A stretch of 64,000 nucleotides of DNA from Octopus bimaculoides. Taxonomy: Eukaryota. Under the pieces are notes generated by a model. It did no database searches, had not been told where the DNA came from, and saw nothing but the letters and a program-made list of their open reading frames with translations. A program made the translations under genes and the position numbers. Numbering within the stretch: position 1 is the first letter of the stretch; each line of letters opens with the position of its first letter. Positions 1 through 11,870 of the stretch are shown here, in pieces. The DNA lies in the NCBI RefSeq assembly GCF_001194135.2, contig NC_068997.1:11365779-11429778 (forward strand), written 5' to 3'.

Positions 1-981
1 GTTAAACCCAAACCACATAAAAATAATTATTTAGGCACGCCCGATAAAGCGCTTGAATGAAAGGAATTATTATTTCTAGTTAATCCTATACTCGAGTTTC
101 CCTATTAAAGAGCAAATAAATTTATTTATCATCTGTAGTTCATCAGTAGTATCGCTAAAATAATGCATAGTTATGTAGCTTAATACGTACCGAAAAAACA
201 CGTGCGAACTGCATCCTTATAGCATTATGGATCCAAATCAATTGCGCAGGCGCATTCGCATAGCCAGCAGCAAATAATTTTAAACTGCGTAGTATAAGCC
301 TGAGAATTAGAAAGTTTTATTGTGTATGTCATAAGGATATGAAATTAGAATAATTTATTTCCAGTGGTTCGCATGCGTAATAAAAGTCATAAGACAACAT
401 ATTTTCTTATATAAGAGCGTACAAAGATATATATATATATACAAAGAGAAGACCCATGACGGGACTTCTAATAAGCTAAAACATGACAGTTAAACCCAAA
501 CCTTGAAAAAATAATTCTAAAGAATAAGAAATAGGAAATCCTTGATACGGAATTATACATTTAAAAAAAAATAATAGAAATGGCTTTTCTGATAATTTTT
601 CCACTTTAATAATTAGATATTTATAAGTTTACAAAAGTGACAATATTGTAAATAACAGCAAGTAAAGCTCCACTTAGTCAAACCCCTAGAATGTCCCGCT
701 TACCTGCCAAATCTCACACAATTCTCACATAGTGAGAATTATTTTAAAATATTTTATACCTTATAAATGCTAATAAACGGCTCTGGAAATTTTCCTCGAA
801 AACGCGTTAAGTTGTGACTCGATAAGATAAATATTTTTAAAAAATACTTCATACACAAAACCAATAGCACGGGCTTTTGTATAATATGCAAGATATAACA
901 ATAGGCACGTGCGATTCCAACAAAATAATCATATACACACATGTACAACTATATCTATCTAAATCTATTTAGCTTTCTATC

Positions 982-985
<4 letters not shown>

Positions 986-1030
<45 letters not shown>
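986..1030. repeat. (CT)n microsatellite
   Basis: Near-pure CT run seen directly. Confidence 0.95.
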
Positions 1031-1385
1031 ATATAGATACACATCCATACATATATATGCATATATATACATACACACAACTATACATGCGATTATTTGA
1101 ATATAATGAACAATTCGTGCGTGCTTTATTTAGAAGTTGCATATTATATATGGGTCTGTGCGTTTATTCATAAATTTAGTTTTTAACGTTTATTATCTCA
1201 CGTCATACTTTTTTTTCTCAAAGATGTTCTAAAACAATTTATTTGCATATTTTCCATGTATATGCACAATAAAATAGTTTTAAATCATTCGTAGCGCATT
1301 AAGTGCTTTGGCAGGTTGGAAGGAGTTTTTAGGCGATTAAGTGATGCAAACTCACCGCCATATACATACATACATACATACACAC

Positions 1386-1425
<40 letters not shown>

Positions 1426-4149
1426 NNNNNNNNNNNNNNNNNNNNNNNNNNNNNNNNNNNNNNNNNNNNNNNNNNNNNNNNNNNNNNNNNNNNNTATATA
1501 TACGTTGAGTGGGGAGAAGATGGACGTATGTGTACGTGTATATAGTTATATAGAAATACTTATGTATTGCAAATCCTCGCTGAGAATAAAATGATGTACA
1601 TAGGTAATGTATATGTTATTTGTGTGCAGAGAATTAGTGGAAATCACCTGACTGCGCCTCGGGAAATACCTACGCGAACTCCTTCATAAATCCGTACGAC
1701 AATATAACTGTTATATAAAGGATTTATAAATTGCCTATCTCTGTGGTGCATAACTTAATTTGAACATTTGAGGAATTTTGTTTTTGCATACCGTAAACTA
1801 ATATATTATTTATGAAACACACCGCGTAAATGCAATAATTTACAGAAAAATAGAAATATCTTTTAAAATTGTAAACTCACGTTGTGGATGAAACATGCAC
1901 TTGATGAACGCACATTAAAAGACAATTCCCTCTACGTAAGCCGTCACGATATGTTGAATGCAACACCGGGGTGCCCTATCATGGCTTCATTCTCTAATCT
2001 ACATCACAGAGAATTCAGTTCCGATAACACATTCATAAATTAGAATTAAAACCAATTTTGCGTTCTTGTTTAAACCAACACCAATCATTGTAACATTTAA
2101 ATTTATTTCAAATTTTTCTGAATTATGAAATGTTAATCATAAAATAATTAATGCTTAATTAATGACTCACGGTCATAACCACAATTATGCAAATTAAGGT
2201 TTTCGCCATAGTGCAAACAAAATTTATGGATGCTTTGTGTTTCAAATAAATTATCTCAGCCGTTTTTTTTTTTGGTGGGGGGGGGCTTATGTCTTTTACA
2301 TGACTTTAAACTATGACCCGTACCTACAAGTTTGGAATAATTTCTGATCCACTCTTTTTCCACAGGTTTACACTGGCCCAGCGTAACTGCCATTCAGGAC
2401 CCCAGCAGTTGGTTAATTGGGATCTGAACTGAGATCAGTGGTGTATATGGAAATAAACATCATTGGAACAACTGTCGGGTGCACCTCAACCCCAGATAAG
2501 GACTAGCACCCGGTAACCACCTGAGCCATAGTTATGTGGGGTTATATGTCATGTGTAAGGCAGATACCCGCTCTTTTATCTGCTTCGCTTGATGTTTCTA
2601 GATTTTCTAGGAATGACACCAGAATGGCAGAAGTATAAAGACATAAAGCAGCGAAAGCATTAAAATGAATTATCTCCAGCAAATGTTATAAATGCATCAA
2701 TCATTGTACTAACACCATAATCTTTAATGTATGCATGCGGAAGAATCCTGTATTCCTGGAAATATGCAATCGAAATTTAAATTTGTTTTAACTTTATTCG
2801 TTAGTCCTTTAACTGTGTAATTAAAGATAGAATTCGAAGGATACGTTGGCTTTGAATGTATAACGTTCGATCTAACGGGTGAAGCATTAACCGCATAGAG
2901 CAAACGATACAAAGAGATTTCTGAATGAGTATAGAAAACACGACATTTTATTTTCTGGACTGAAGGATACAGTTTGTTCTACATATTATTATGTATTCAT
3001 ATATGAGAGGCAACTTACTTTCTCGACGGAGCAATTTACGTTATCTTCAATATGTCAATAAACAGTCAATGCAAAAGAAAAGATATGCCAATAACCAAAC
3101 TTCTGAAACTGTTTTTATTCTTATGTTTTCACAGTCAATACCCCAAGTTCACTTGATATCCAAACTTGTTTCTTATCAAAGTTAATTATAATCGTTCGAG
3201 ATTTGAAAAGAAACAAAAAAGGAATTTTCATTACGAAAATGTCGTCAAAATAACGTATATCGCCCCTAGGTATTATGATGAAATCATGAATTACGATAAG
3301 ATTAGAAAACCACTGCACGCAGGATAGCAAATTGCCGCTGGTGAAAACAAAAGTGAAATATTTTTTGGAGTATTTTTCCTTTATAAAAATTGATAAATCG
3401 GGATAAAATAAATACATGCAAATGTTTCCTTTTGATCAATGCTAATTTTGACAGGATCGATTATTTCTTCAAAGTGTCTAACACTAAGCTGAAAAGAAAA
3501 GAAATAAGCTGGTATGCTTTATGAAAGTTATCATATGCCTAAAATTAAAGAACAAGTTTGAAGTGCATGTCTCCCGTTTTCCTTTAGAAATATGCTATTT
3601 CGCTGCATTGAACATGACATTTCATATCAAAGCACAATATACAGCCTCAGAATTTGCTGTTGAAAGGATGCAAAAATTATAAAAATCAGAAGGAACTGTT
3701 AACTATGCATTGTGTCATATTTGGTGTTATAACAGGTTCCAGCATAGGAACGAAGTTTGTAATTTGAAGAACGAAAGCAGTCAGCGGTATTGGCTTACTG
3801 TTTGATTGATACTATATTTTATTAGGCCCACGAAAATATTTGGAAAGCATAATCGCAGTAAGAATGGAACTTAAAACCTGAATAACAGGGACAAATCGTC
3901 TCGAATACTTTTGTGTGATGCACTAGCGTCTCTGTCGATTCGCCACCTAGTTTTATGATAAACAAAAGTCCTTAACATAAAACATATATACAGTGTTTCT
4001 ATCTATGACCATTGGTTTATCTCTCCATTCTATTCCTGCATCCAATTTCAAATTATTACTCCATGTATATATATATATTAACATAGAGGGAGAATTTTAA
4101 ATTGGATACATATATATATGAATGAATATATATATATATATGCATAACG

Positions 4150-4184
<35 letters not shown>

Positions 4185-6196
4185 GAATATATGCACACAC
4201 ACATANNNNNNNNNNNNNNNNNNNNNNNNNNNNNNNNNNNNNNNNNNNNNNNNNNNNNNNNNNNNNNNNNNNNNNNNNNNNNNNNNNNNNNNNNNNNNNN
4301 NNNNNNNNNNNNNNNNNNNNNNNNNNNNNNNNNNNNNNNNNNNNNNNNNNNNNNNNNNNNNNNNNNNNNNNNNNNNNNNNNNNNNNNNNNNNNNNNNNNN
4401 NNNNNNNNNNNNNNNNNNNNNNNNNNNNNNNNNNNNNNNNNNNNNNNNNNNNNNNNNNNNNNNNNNNNNNNNNNNNNNNNNNNNNNNNNNNNNNNNNNNN
4501 NNNNNNNNNNNNNNNNNNNNNNNNNNNNNNNNNNNNNNNNNNNNNNNNNNNNNNNNNNNNNNNNNNNNNNNNNNNNNNNNNNNNNNNNNNNNNNNNNNNN
4601 NNNNNNNNNNNNNNNNNNNNNNNNNNNNNNNNNNNNNNNNNNNNNNNNNNNNNNNNNNNNNNNNNNNNNNNNNNNNNNNNNNNNNNNNNNNNNNNNNNNN
4701 NNNNNNNNNNNNNNNNNNNNNNNNNNNNNNNNNNNNNNNNNNNNNNNNNNNNNNNNNNNNNNNNNNNNNNNNNNNNNNNNNNNNNNNNNNNNNNNNNNNN
4801 NNNNNNNNNNNNNNNNNNNNNNNNNNNNNNNNNNNNNNNNNNNNNNNNNNNNNNNNNNNNNNNNNNNNNNNNNNNNNNNNNNNNNNNNNNNNNNNNNNNN
4901 NNNNNNNNNNNNNNNNNNNNNNNNNNNNNNNNNNNNNNNNNNNNNNNNNNNNNNNNNNNNNNNNNNNNNNNNNNNNNNNNNNNNNNNNNNNNNNNNNNNN
5001 NNNNNNNNNNNNNNNNNNNNNNNNNTATATATATATATTAACATAGAGGGAGAATTTTAAATTGGATACATATATATATGAAAACATTCTAAGTATACAT
5101 TTAAATTGTACCGAACAATAATTTAGCAGAAATTGATTGTATGTCAGAAGAACACAGAAGTAATTCTATTTTTACTTTTTAATGTTCATTCCGTAATGTT
5201 CTTTAAAATTGCTTCCATGCATTTCCTGCTATTTTAGTTAAATCCGTTTGAGAAATATCAAAATTATATGTTTTCAACTATATCATCCACAAGGAGAGAC
5301 AATTTGCTGTTTCGAAATCATTTTCATTGAAAATATTAAGTATCTGGAACATAGTTTTAACTGCAACGTATTTCTTCTTCATTTTTCTTACGAGCACGAA
5401 GACGTCTCGAACATTCAAAAACGGTTATTTATTGATTTACGGTAATTATTTTATTCGGTGCGGGATAAAACTTTAACTAATTTAAGTACGTGACAAGACA
5501 TTTTTCATAAACATTTAGTTGCTATTACACTGATTGATGTACGACAGGTGTTATTTTCTACTAGCCCCTTAGTATTGTTCAAAACTATGTACATTAACCG
5601 AAGCCTGGAGCGCACTGCAGCACGTTAATGCTTTAATTGACATAATAAATTGACCGGAAATCTCTTTCTACATGCAATATTTAAAACATGAAAGGAAGTT
5701 TTAAAAGTGTCACAATATGTGGAATATTAAAATTGTTAATAACAAAATGTTAATGCTTAGAAAATATATTCTGTAAGAAAAGTAATAATGGTGTATCTCA
5801 ATTTACGTATTTTGTGGTTGTAGAGGCCCAGGTTAATCATACAGGTCATAATTATTATGACAATCTTGCAAAACGTTTCATCCTGTACTTTTCTAGATGA
5901 GGGACTTTCACTGTTCCTCTTATATGAGCGAGAAAATGTAAACTGGGGCAAATTCGACAGTTATGTCTGCAATACCTTATGGCCGCATAGATTCGCCGTC
6001 TTTGGCGAATTATCGCATGATGTATTTATTTATTTATTTATCTATTCATTCATAAAGTACAATATTGGTCACATTTTGTTTCCGTTGCAGGGGAACAGGT
6101 ACAGCAGATACATCTGATACAATTACCATCCAATATATTTTAATTTAGTTACAACATTTGCTTTCAAAATATTTCCAGAACATTCATAAACGAATA

Positions 6197-6527
6197 GGCC
6201 CAAACGTGGCTACGTAGTAAGGAACTGGTTTATAGACCACATGATTGCTGGTTCATTCCAACTGTATCGCACCTTGGGTAAATGTTTCTACCATAGACTC
6301 GGTCGACCAGAGCCTGCTGCATGAATTTGGTAGACTTAAAATCTATTATACATCATGTGTGCATGCGTGTACCCGCGTGTGTTTTGTTTTTGCGTTTGTC
6401 CCTTACCACCGACTATCAACTGGTCTTTGCGTGCTTTACGTCCCCGTAAAGTACAGTTCGGCAAAGAATCCGACAGAATAAATACTGAACCTTAAAAGAA
6501 GAGCTGGAATGGATTCATTCGAGTAAA
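6197..6527 (+). mobile_element. tRNA-derived SINE, family B (diverged, near full length)
   Basis: Head 'gtggctacgtagtaagg...ggttcattcc', body 'caccttgggtaaatgtttctaccatagactcggtcgaccagagcc' and tail 'tttacgtccccgtaaagtacagttcggcaaag'. These are colinear with the reverse complement of the copy at 25441-25845. Confidence 0.8.
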
Positions 6528-6552
6528 TATGTATAGACGCATAATCATCTAT

Positions 6553-6591
<39 letters not shown>

Positions 6592-6734
6592 NNNNNNNNN
6601 NNNNNNNNNNNNNNNNNNNNNNNNNNNNNNNNNNNNNNNNNNNNNNNNNNNNNNNNNNNNNNNNNNNNNNNNNNNNNNNNNNNNNNNNNNNNNNNNNNNN
6701 NNNNNNNNNNNNNNNNNNNNNNNNNNNNNNTATG

Positions 6735-6776
<42 letters not shown>

Positions 6777-7332
6777 TATATACATCATGGATGGATGGGT
6801 GGATGGACGGATAGTTACTATATAAAATGCAGACTATGGGGAGAAATTGCTTACAATGAGGGGAACGAATATTACTTTCTAAAATCAGTGCGATTACTAG
6901 TCTTCTATTTCTCCACAGTCAAGTTCGGCTACTTATCTGTAAATGTAAATAATATCTTTGTGAGTGCTGCGTATGAATATATTTGAGAAAACATAACTTC
7001 CTTGAGTTATGGCGTTATTGTTCTCCATATATTTTTCTTAAAAGCAGAATGAATAAAAAATATTTACAGGAATGGGTCTAAGAAAATAAAGAAATGTCAG
7101 TATATATCTATTGGCTAGTTATATTTCTACATTTTCTTTCATAATGCATTGATACAACGAAAATCCCAAATCGTTGGCAGTGGAAATGACAAAACTAAAA
7201 AAAAAAAGAACTTGCCTTATATGAATCCGGTTCTCCCATATTTCAATGCTTAATAATTCCATTGGCATTCTATTATCAGATTTATTGAAATCAATAAACT
7301 GTTTATTAGTATCTTCAATCATTTATCTATAA

Positions 7333-7372
7333 CTTGTTTCAGTCATTAGACTGTGACCATGCTGGAGCACTT
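7333..7372 (-). mobile_element. SINE family B 3' tail fragment
   Basis: 'cttgtttcagtcattagactgtgaccatgctggagcac' matches 25442-25480 and 45520-45560. Confidence 0.7.
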
Positions 7373-7403
7373 GGCTCTTATTATTAAAACTCGTTATATA
7401 CGT

Positions 7404-7496
7404 GTTGAGTGCGTGTGTGTTTGTGTGTGTACGTGTGTGTACTTGTGTGTATATGTGTGTGTATAAATGTATACGTATGTGTGCATGTGTATATGT

Positions 7497-7593
<97 letters not shown>

Positions 7594-7603
7594 TATATAT
7601 ATA
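7404..7603. repeat. compound (GT)n/(AT)n microsatellite
   Basis: Seen directly; it is the source of the HTHT/VCVC pseudo-ORFs. Confidence 0.95.
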
Positions 7604-8576
7604 TGGGGTGTTGTTTTATAGCGCGAAGAAGCAGGTAAGATACAAGTTGTTTCAACATGAATTATGCTGCCCTGGTTATGATTGCTATCAATAAATCTAA
7701 AGGTTAAGATGATCATTTAACCAATTTATCTCACATTCTCCTTTGTAAATATTCTTTTCAGCACGAACTGTGCAGGTGTTTACATAAATAAGTAGTATAT
7801 CATATTTTCGTTACTGAAAACTTCGATAGTATACGTTATAAATATTTATGTAGGTTTAACAAAATATAAGTATAGATATGCATAAAACTTCAGTCGCTTG
7901 AAGTATGGATTGACAAAAGTTGTAGAATAGGAGCGTAGAAACAGTTTGGTAAGAAATAATTATATCAATGTGCTTTAGGAATTTTAACAGAATAATTATT
8001 TCAGACTACTTTATAAAATTTGTTCACCATTTTGTTTATAATTAAAGCTGGAATTTTAGATGACAAAGATGAAAAAAAATTAGGGCATACATTTTATCTG
8101 TAAGACAACCATTATCTTCTAAATTCGATAAATGAAACATTTCCACCATTTATTCGATCTACAAACAAAACTACAGCGAGGCCGGTTTGGGGCAAAGGAA
8201 TGTTTTCACTGTTCAAATTGCAATTTTTTTTCTCTAGCCAACGATCCTTCATATTTTGTATGTTTCTCGCTACAAAACTTACGACGCCAAACATTGTCAC
8301 TTGACATTAACATACGGATGTAGCGGGGAAGCTCCAAAAATTCTAAGAGCAGTCATGTAACTATCCTCTACCAATCAACTCTTAACCAAAACCTATACAA
8401 ATTTGAACCAAGTACGTCCTATGAAAATAGAACAAGCTTCAAACACTAGTCAGAAGCAAGGTATTTCTATCTGATCTGTTGAAAATCAGTGTAAACTATT
8501 AAACCAGTTAAACCTTTAAATATAATTTTAAAAATTAAGTATTCTCAGTCCGTATTCAACTTCCATTCAATATATC

Positions 8577-8617
<41 letters not shown>

Positions 8618-8999
8618 NNNNNNNNNNNNNNNNNNNNNNNNNNNNNNNNNNNNNNNNNNNNNNNNNNNNNNNNNNNNNNNNNNNNNNNNNNNNNNNNNNN
8701 NNNNNNNNNNNNNNNNNNNNNNNNNNNNNNNNNNNNNNNNNNNNNNNNNNNNNNNNNNNNNNNNNNNNNNNNNNNNNNNNNNNNNNNNNNNNNNNNNNNN
8801 NNNNNNNNNNNNNNNNNNNNNNNNNNNNNNNNNNNNNNNNNNNNNNNNNNNNNNNNNNNNNNNNNNNNNNNNNNNNNNNNNNNNNNNNNNNNNNNNNNNN
8901 NNNNNNNNNNNNNNNNNNNNNNNNNNNNNNNNNNNNNNNNNNNNNNNNNNNNNNNNNNNNNNNNNNNNNATATATATACACATACATATACATATATAC

Positions 9000-9350
9000 T
9001 GAGACTCAGATACCATATTTGTTAGGAACTATGAGAGAATTTAAGCATTCCAACAAAATGCGGGCAAGTACCTTTCCAACCACAGACAGAAGCGAAATCC
9101 CACGAGAATTACCACACAGATCCTGTCTCTCCGATTTATACAAGGATACTAAAATGGCATCACTTCTGTCTTGAGGCACTTCCTCATTTGTCCAAAAGTG
9201 ATAAAATCAATATATTTTAGAGTTCAAACATTTTGTCACACTAATATTTAAAGACTTCTGCATAGATTCCATCAGACCCTGGATACTTATTCACCTTATT
9301 CACAGCTAGACAAATGTCATTTAGAGTCGGTTCAATGCCATTTCTTGAAG
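9000..9350 (-). mobile_element. RTE-clade LINE reverse transcriptase remnant (RT domains 0-2)
   Basis: Manual minus-strand translation, with frameshifts and stops: EPTLNDI..AV..NKYPGSDGIYAEVFK...FWTNEEVPQDRSDAILVSLYKSERQDLCGNSRGISLLSVVGKVLARILL...(P)ESQ. This follows the RTE consensus VPQDWKDA..V.LYK.KG.R..CGNYRGISLLS..GKVLARILL...PESQ. Confidence 0.9.
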
Positions 9351-9432
9351 AATCCCATGATTTATGACTAAGTGCATAAATTATGCTTGCCTTTTGCTGG
9401 GCTCAAATCTCATATGGGAACCCATAGCAAAC
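9349..9432 (+). mobile_element. RTE LINE C-terminal C2H2-like zinc-finger remnant
   Basis: Translates as HKLCLPFAGLKSHMGTH (start of ORF 9372..9626). It resembles the K.C.S.AGLKSH.R.H end of RTE ORF2 and the fingers at 22540-22690. Confidence 0.55.
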
Positions 9433-9714
9433 GAAGCTCCATCAACTATTCTGTCTGTCTGCGCACACATTTCAATGACATGTGTGCCAGAAGGTTTGCA
9501 AATCTAACAGAGGACCCAAAATACATTTTAAGATCCACAAAGACCGCAAATTTTTTGCAGCTCTTTGAGGTCCAAATCGGAAGCGTAATGTATGTGGTTG
9601 TGTTTTCAAAACATTGTTTGGTTTAAAAATATGTATCCGATGCCATGACGGTTCTAAGGTGTAGGTACAGAAGGTAGTCAAACTCTGCATAAGGAGTAGA
9701 CAACCACCATAAGT

Positions 9715-9768
<54 letters not shown>

Positions 9769-9779
9769 AATCCAATATC

Positions 9780-9990
9780 ATTTTTCTTGTAAGCACAAGA
9801 CCTGAAATTTGGGGGATAGACTTCTCAATTACATCAATTTAACTAGTACTTCATTTATCGACCACAGGGAAACATGGAAGGCAAATTGGTGAACTTGGGC
9901 AGAGTTTACCCTGTGAACACAATGTCGGTAAAAATGTCGCTAAGGATTTTTTTCCAATGCAGTAACGTTTCTGCCAGCTCACCGCCTTAT
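9780..9990 (-). mobile_element. tRNA-derived SINE, family A (diverged)
   Basis: Reverse complement reads 'aaggcggtgagctggcagaaacgtt...ttgccttccatg...gtcgataaatgaagtactag...cccccaaatttcaggtcttgtgc'. Same head, core and tail as 51837-52464. Confidence 0.8.
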
Positions 9991-10755
9991 TTATATATCG
10001 AATATCGAAAATGTTTTGTATAGCAGATGTTCTTAGATCTTCCAAGGAAAAAAATTGGGGAATATATTTAGAATTAGCTCATAGCATACTTTTTCTTGAT
10101 ACTACAAGCGGAAATGTATCGGATGTCCATGCCAAATAATTGAGATTGGTTTTCTTATTTTATTTTGTGGTAAATTTTTATTGGCATACATAAATCCATA
10201 TATTTATGACCGGATATGTAACAACGTAAATCCGGCTAGAATACATAAAACTACATAATTTAACTTTGAAGATTGATCAATACTAAACCACTTAAATGTT
10301 ACAAACTCTAGCATTATTAGGATTCCTCTGCTCTTAATGCCACATTGAAGAAGCAATCAATTCAGAGAGATATAAATGAAAAGGTAATTGAAACGGAAGC
10401 TGAAACTAAAGAATCAATTAAAAGAATGTCAAACACAACTTGCATGAAACGTAACATGAATTTAAGTATTACTGTAATAATTCTCTTCATTTACATATTA
10501 TAACCTTTTACCATAAACTTATGCACTTAGTCGTAAATCATGGGATTCTCCAACTCAATATAATTTATAAATACTCAATATCAATTTTGCTCGACTTACG
10601 TTTTATTTATATTTTCTTTTCGTCATATATATTAGATGTATAAATATGAATTTATAAATGTGTTGGGTCTTGTAACTCTATAAAATAAACATATCATACG
10701 TACATGTATATGCATGCCACTGTATACACACACATATATATGTATACAAACACAC

Positions 10756-10786
<31 letters not shown>

Positions 10787-11349
10787 CAGAGAGAGAGAGA
10801 GAGAGAGAGAAACAGAGAGAGAAAGACAGAGCGAGAGAGAAGAAAAATATGTATGTGTATTTGTTTATTCTTACAATATTATTTGTCTAATTGCTTATGC
10901 CTCATCCAATGAAATATTCCTATATTCTGAGATTTGTGGTTACTTTGACTACATGCTTCTCTGGCTAAGAAACTTGAGATGAAATATTTCATTAGAAATC
11001 TGATACGTGGCTTTATTAATTAATTTCGCAGAAAGTAAAATAAGCGAGAATGCCATAATGATAAATAGACTAAATTACTTAATGATAAACCCATGTCCCA
11101 TGGGAATACATAAAATGAAATAGCCTGTTCTGATAAAATAAATAGTGATTGTTGTCAAGTTAATTAATAGTCGTTCCTAAAAAAATCAAATTTGCACACT
11201 GATTCCTCTTCTCTGATTATTCTTTAGTAAAAACACAACTTTTCAATATGTCGAAATGCATATGGTTATTTCTTAGCCAACCTCTCTCTCTCCATCTGTC
11301 ACACACACATTCTGTGAGTCCATCTCTCTATCCTACTATTTTGTTCCTA

Positions 11350-11467
<118 letters not shown>

Positions 11468-11744
11468 ATATGCAGTAATTAAACAAACGAACATATACTA
11501 AATACACAGGCGAACAGAAAACACAGAAGGTCATCAAGTTCACATCACTTATCGGCCAGAGGGTCAAACACAATTTCGGCCATTATCGATAATATTGCTT
11601 CCGCTCTAGAGGCACCGGCAAGAAACTTGCCGAGAATGGGACTAAAACATAGTTAAACGAGACGGGCGCGAGACGAGACCTTTAGTGGATGGACGAGGGA
11701 TAAAACAATAAACAGAATAAAGGCTTAGAGCCACAATAAAACAA

Positions 11745-11870
<126 letters not shown>

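Noticed and set aside
720-5861. Short perfect palindromes (aattctcac-ata-gtgagaatt 720-740; gtcataat-t-attatgac 5845-5861)
   Set aside because: Stems of 8-9 bp are expected by chance in AT-rich sequence of this length.
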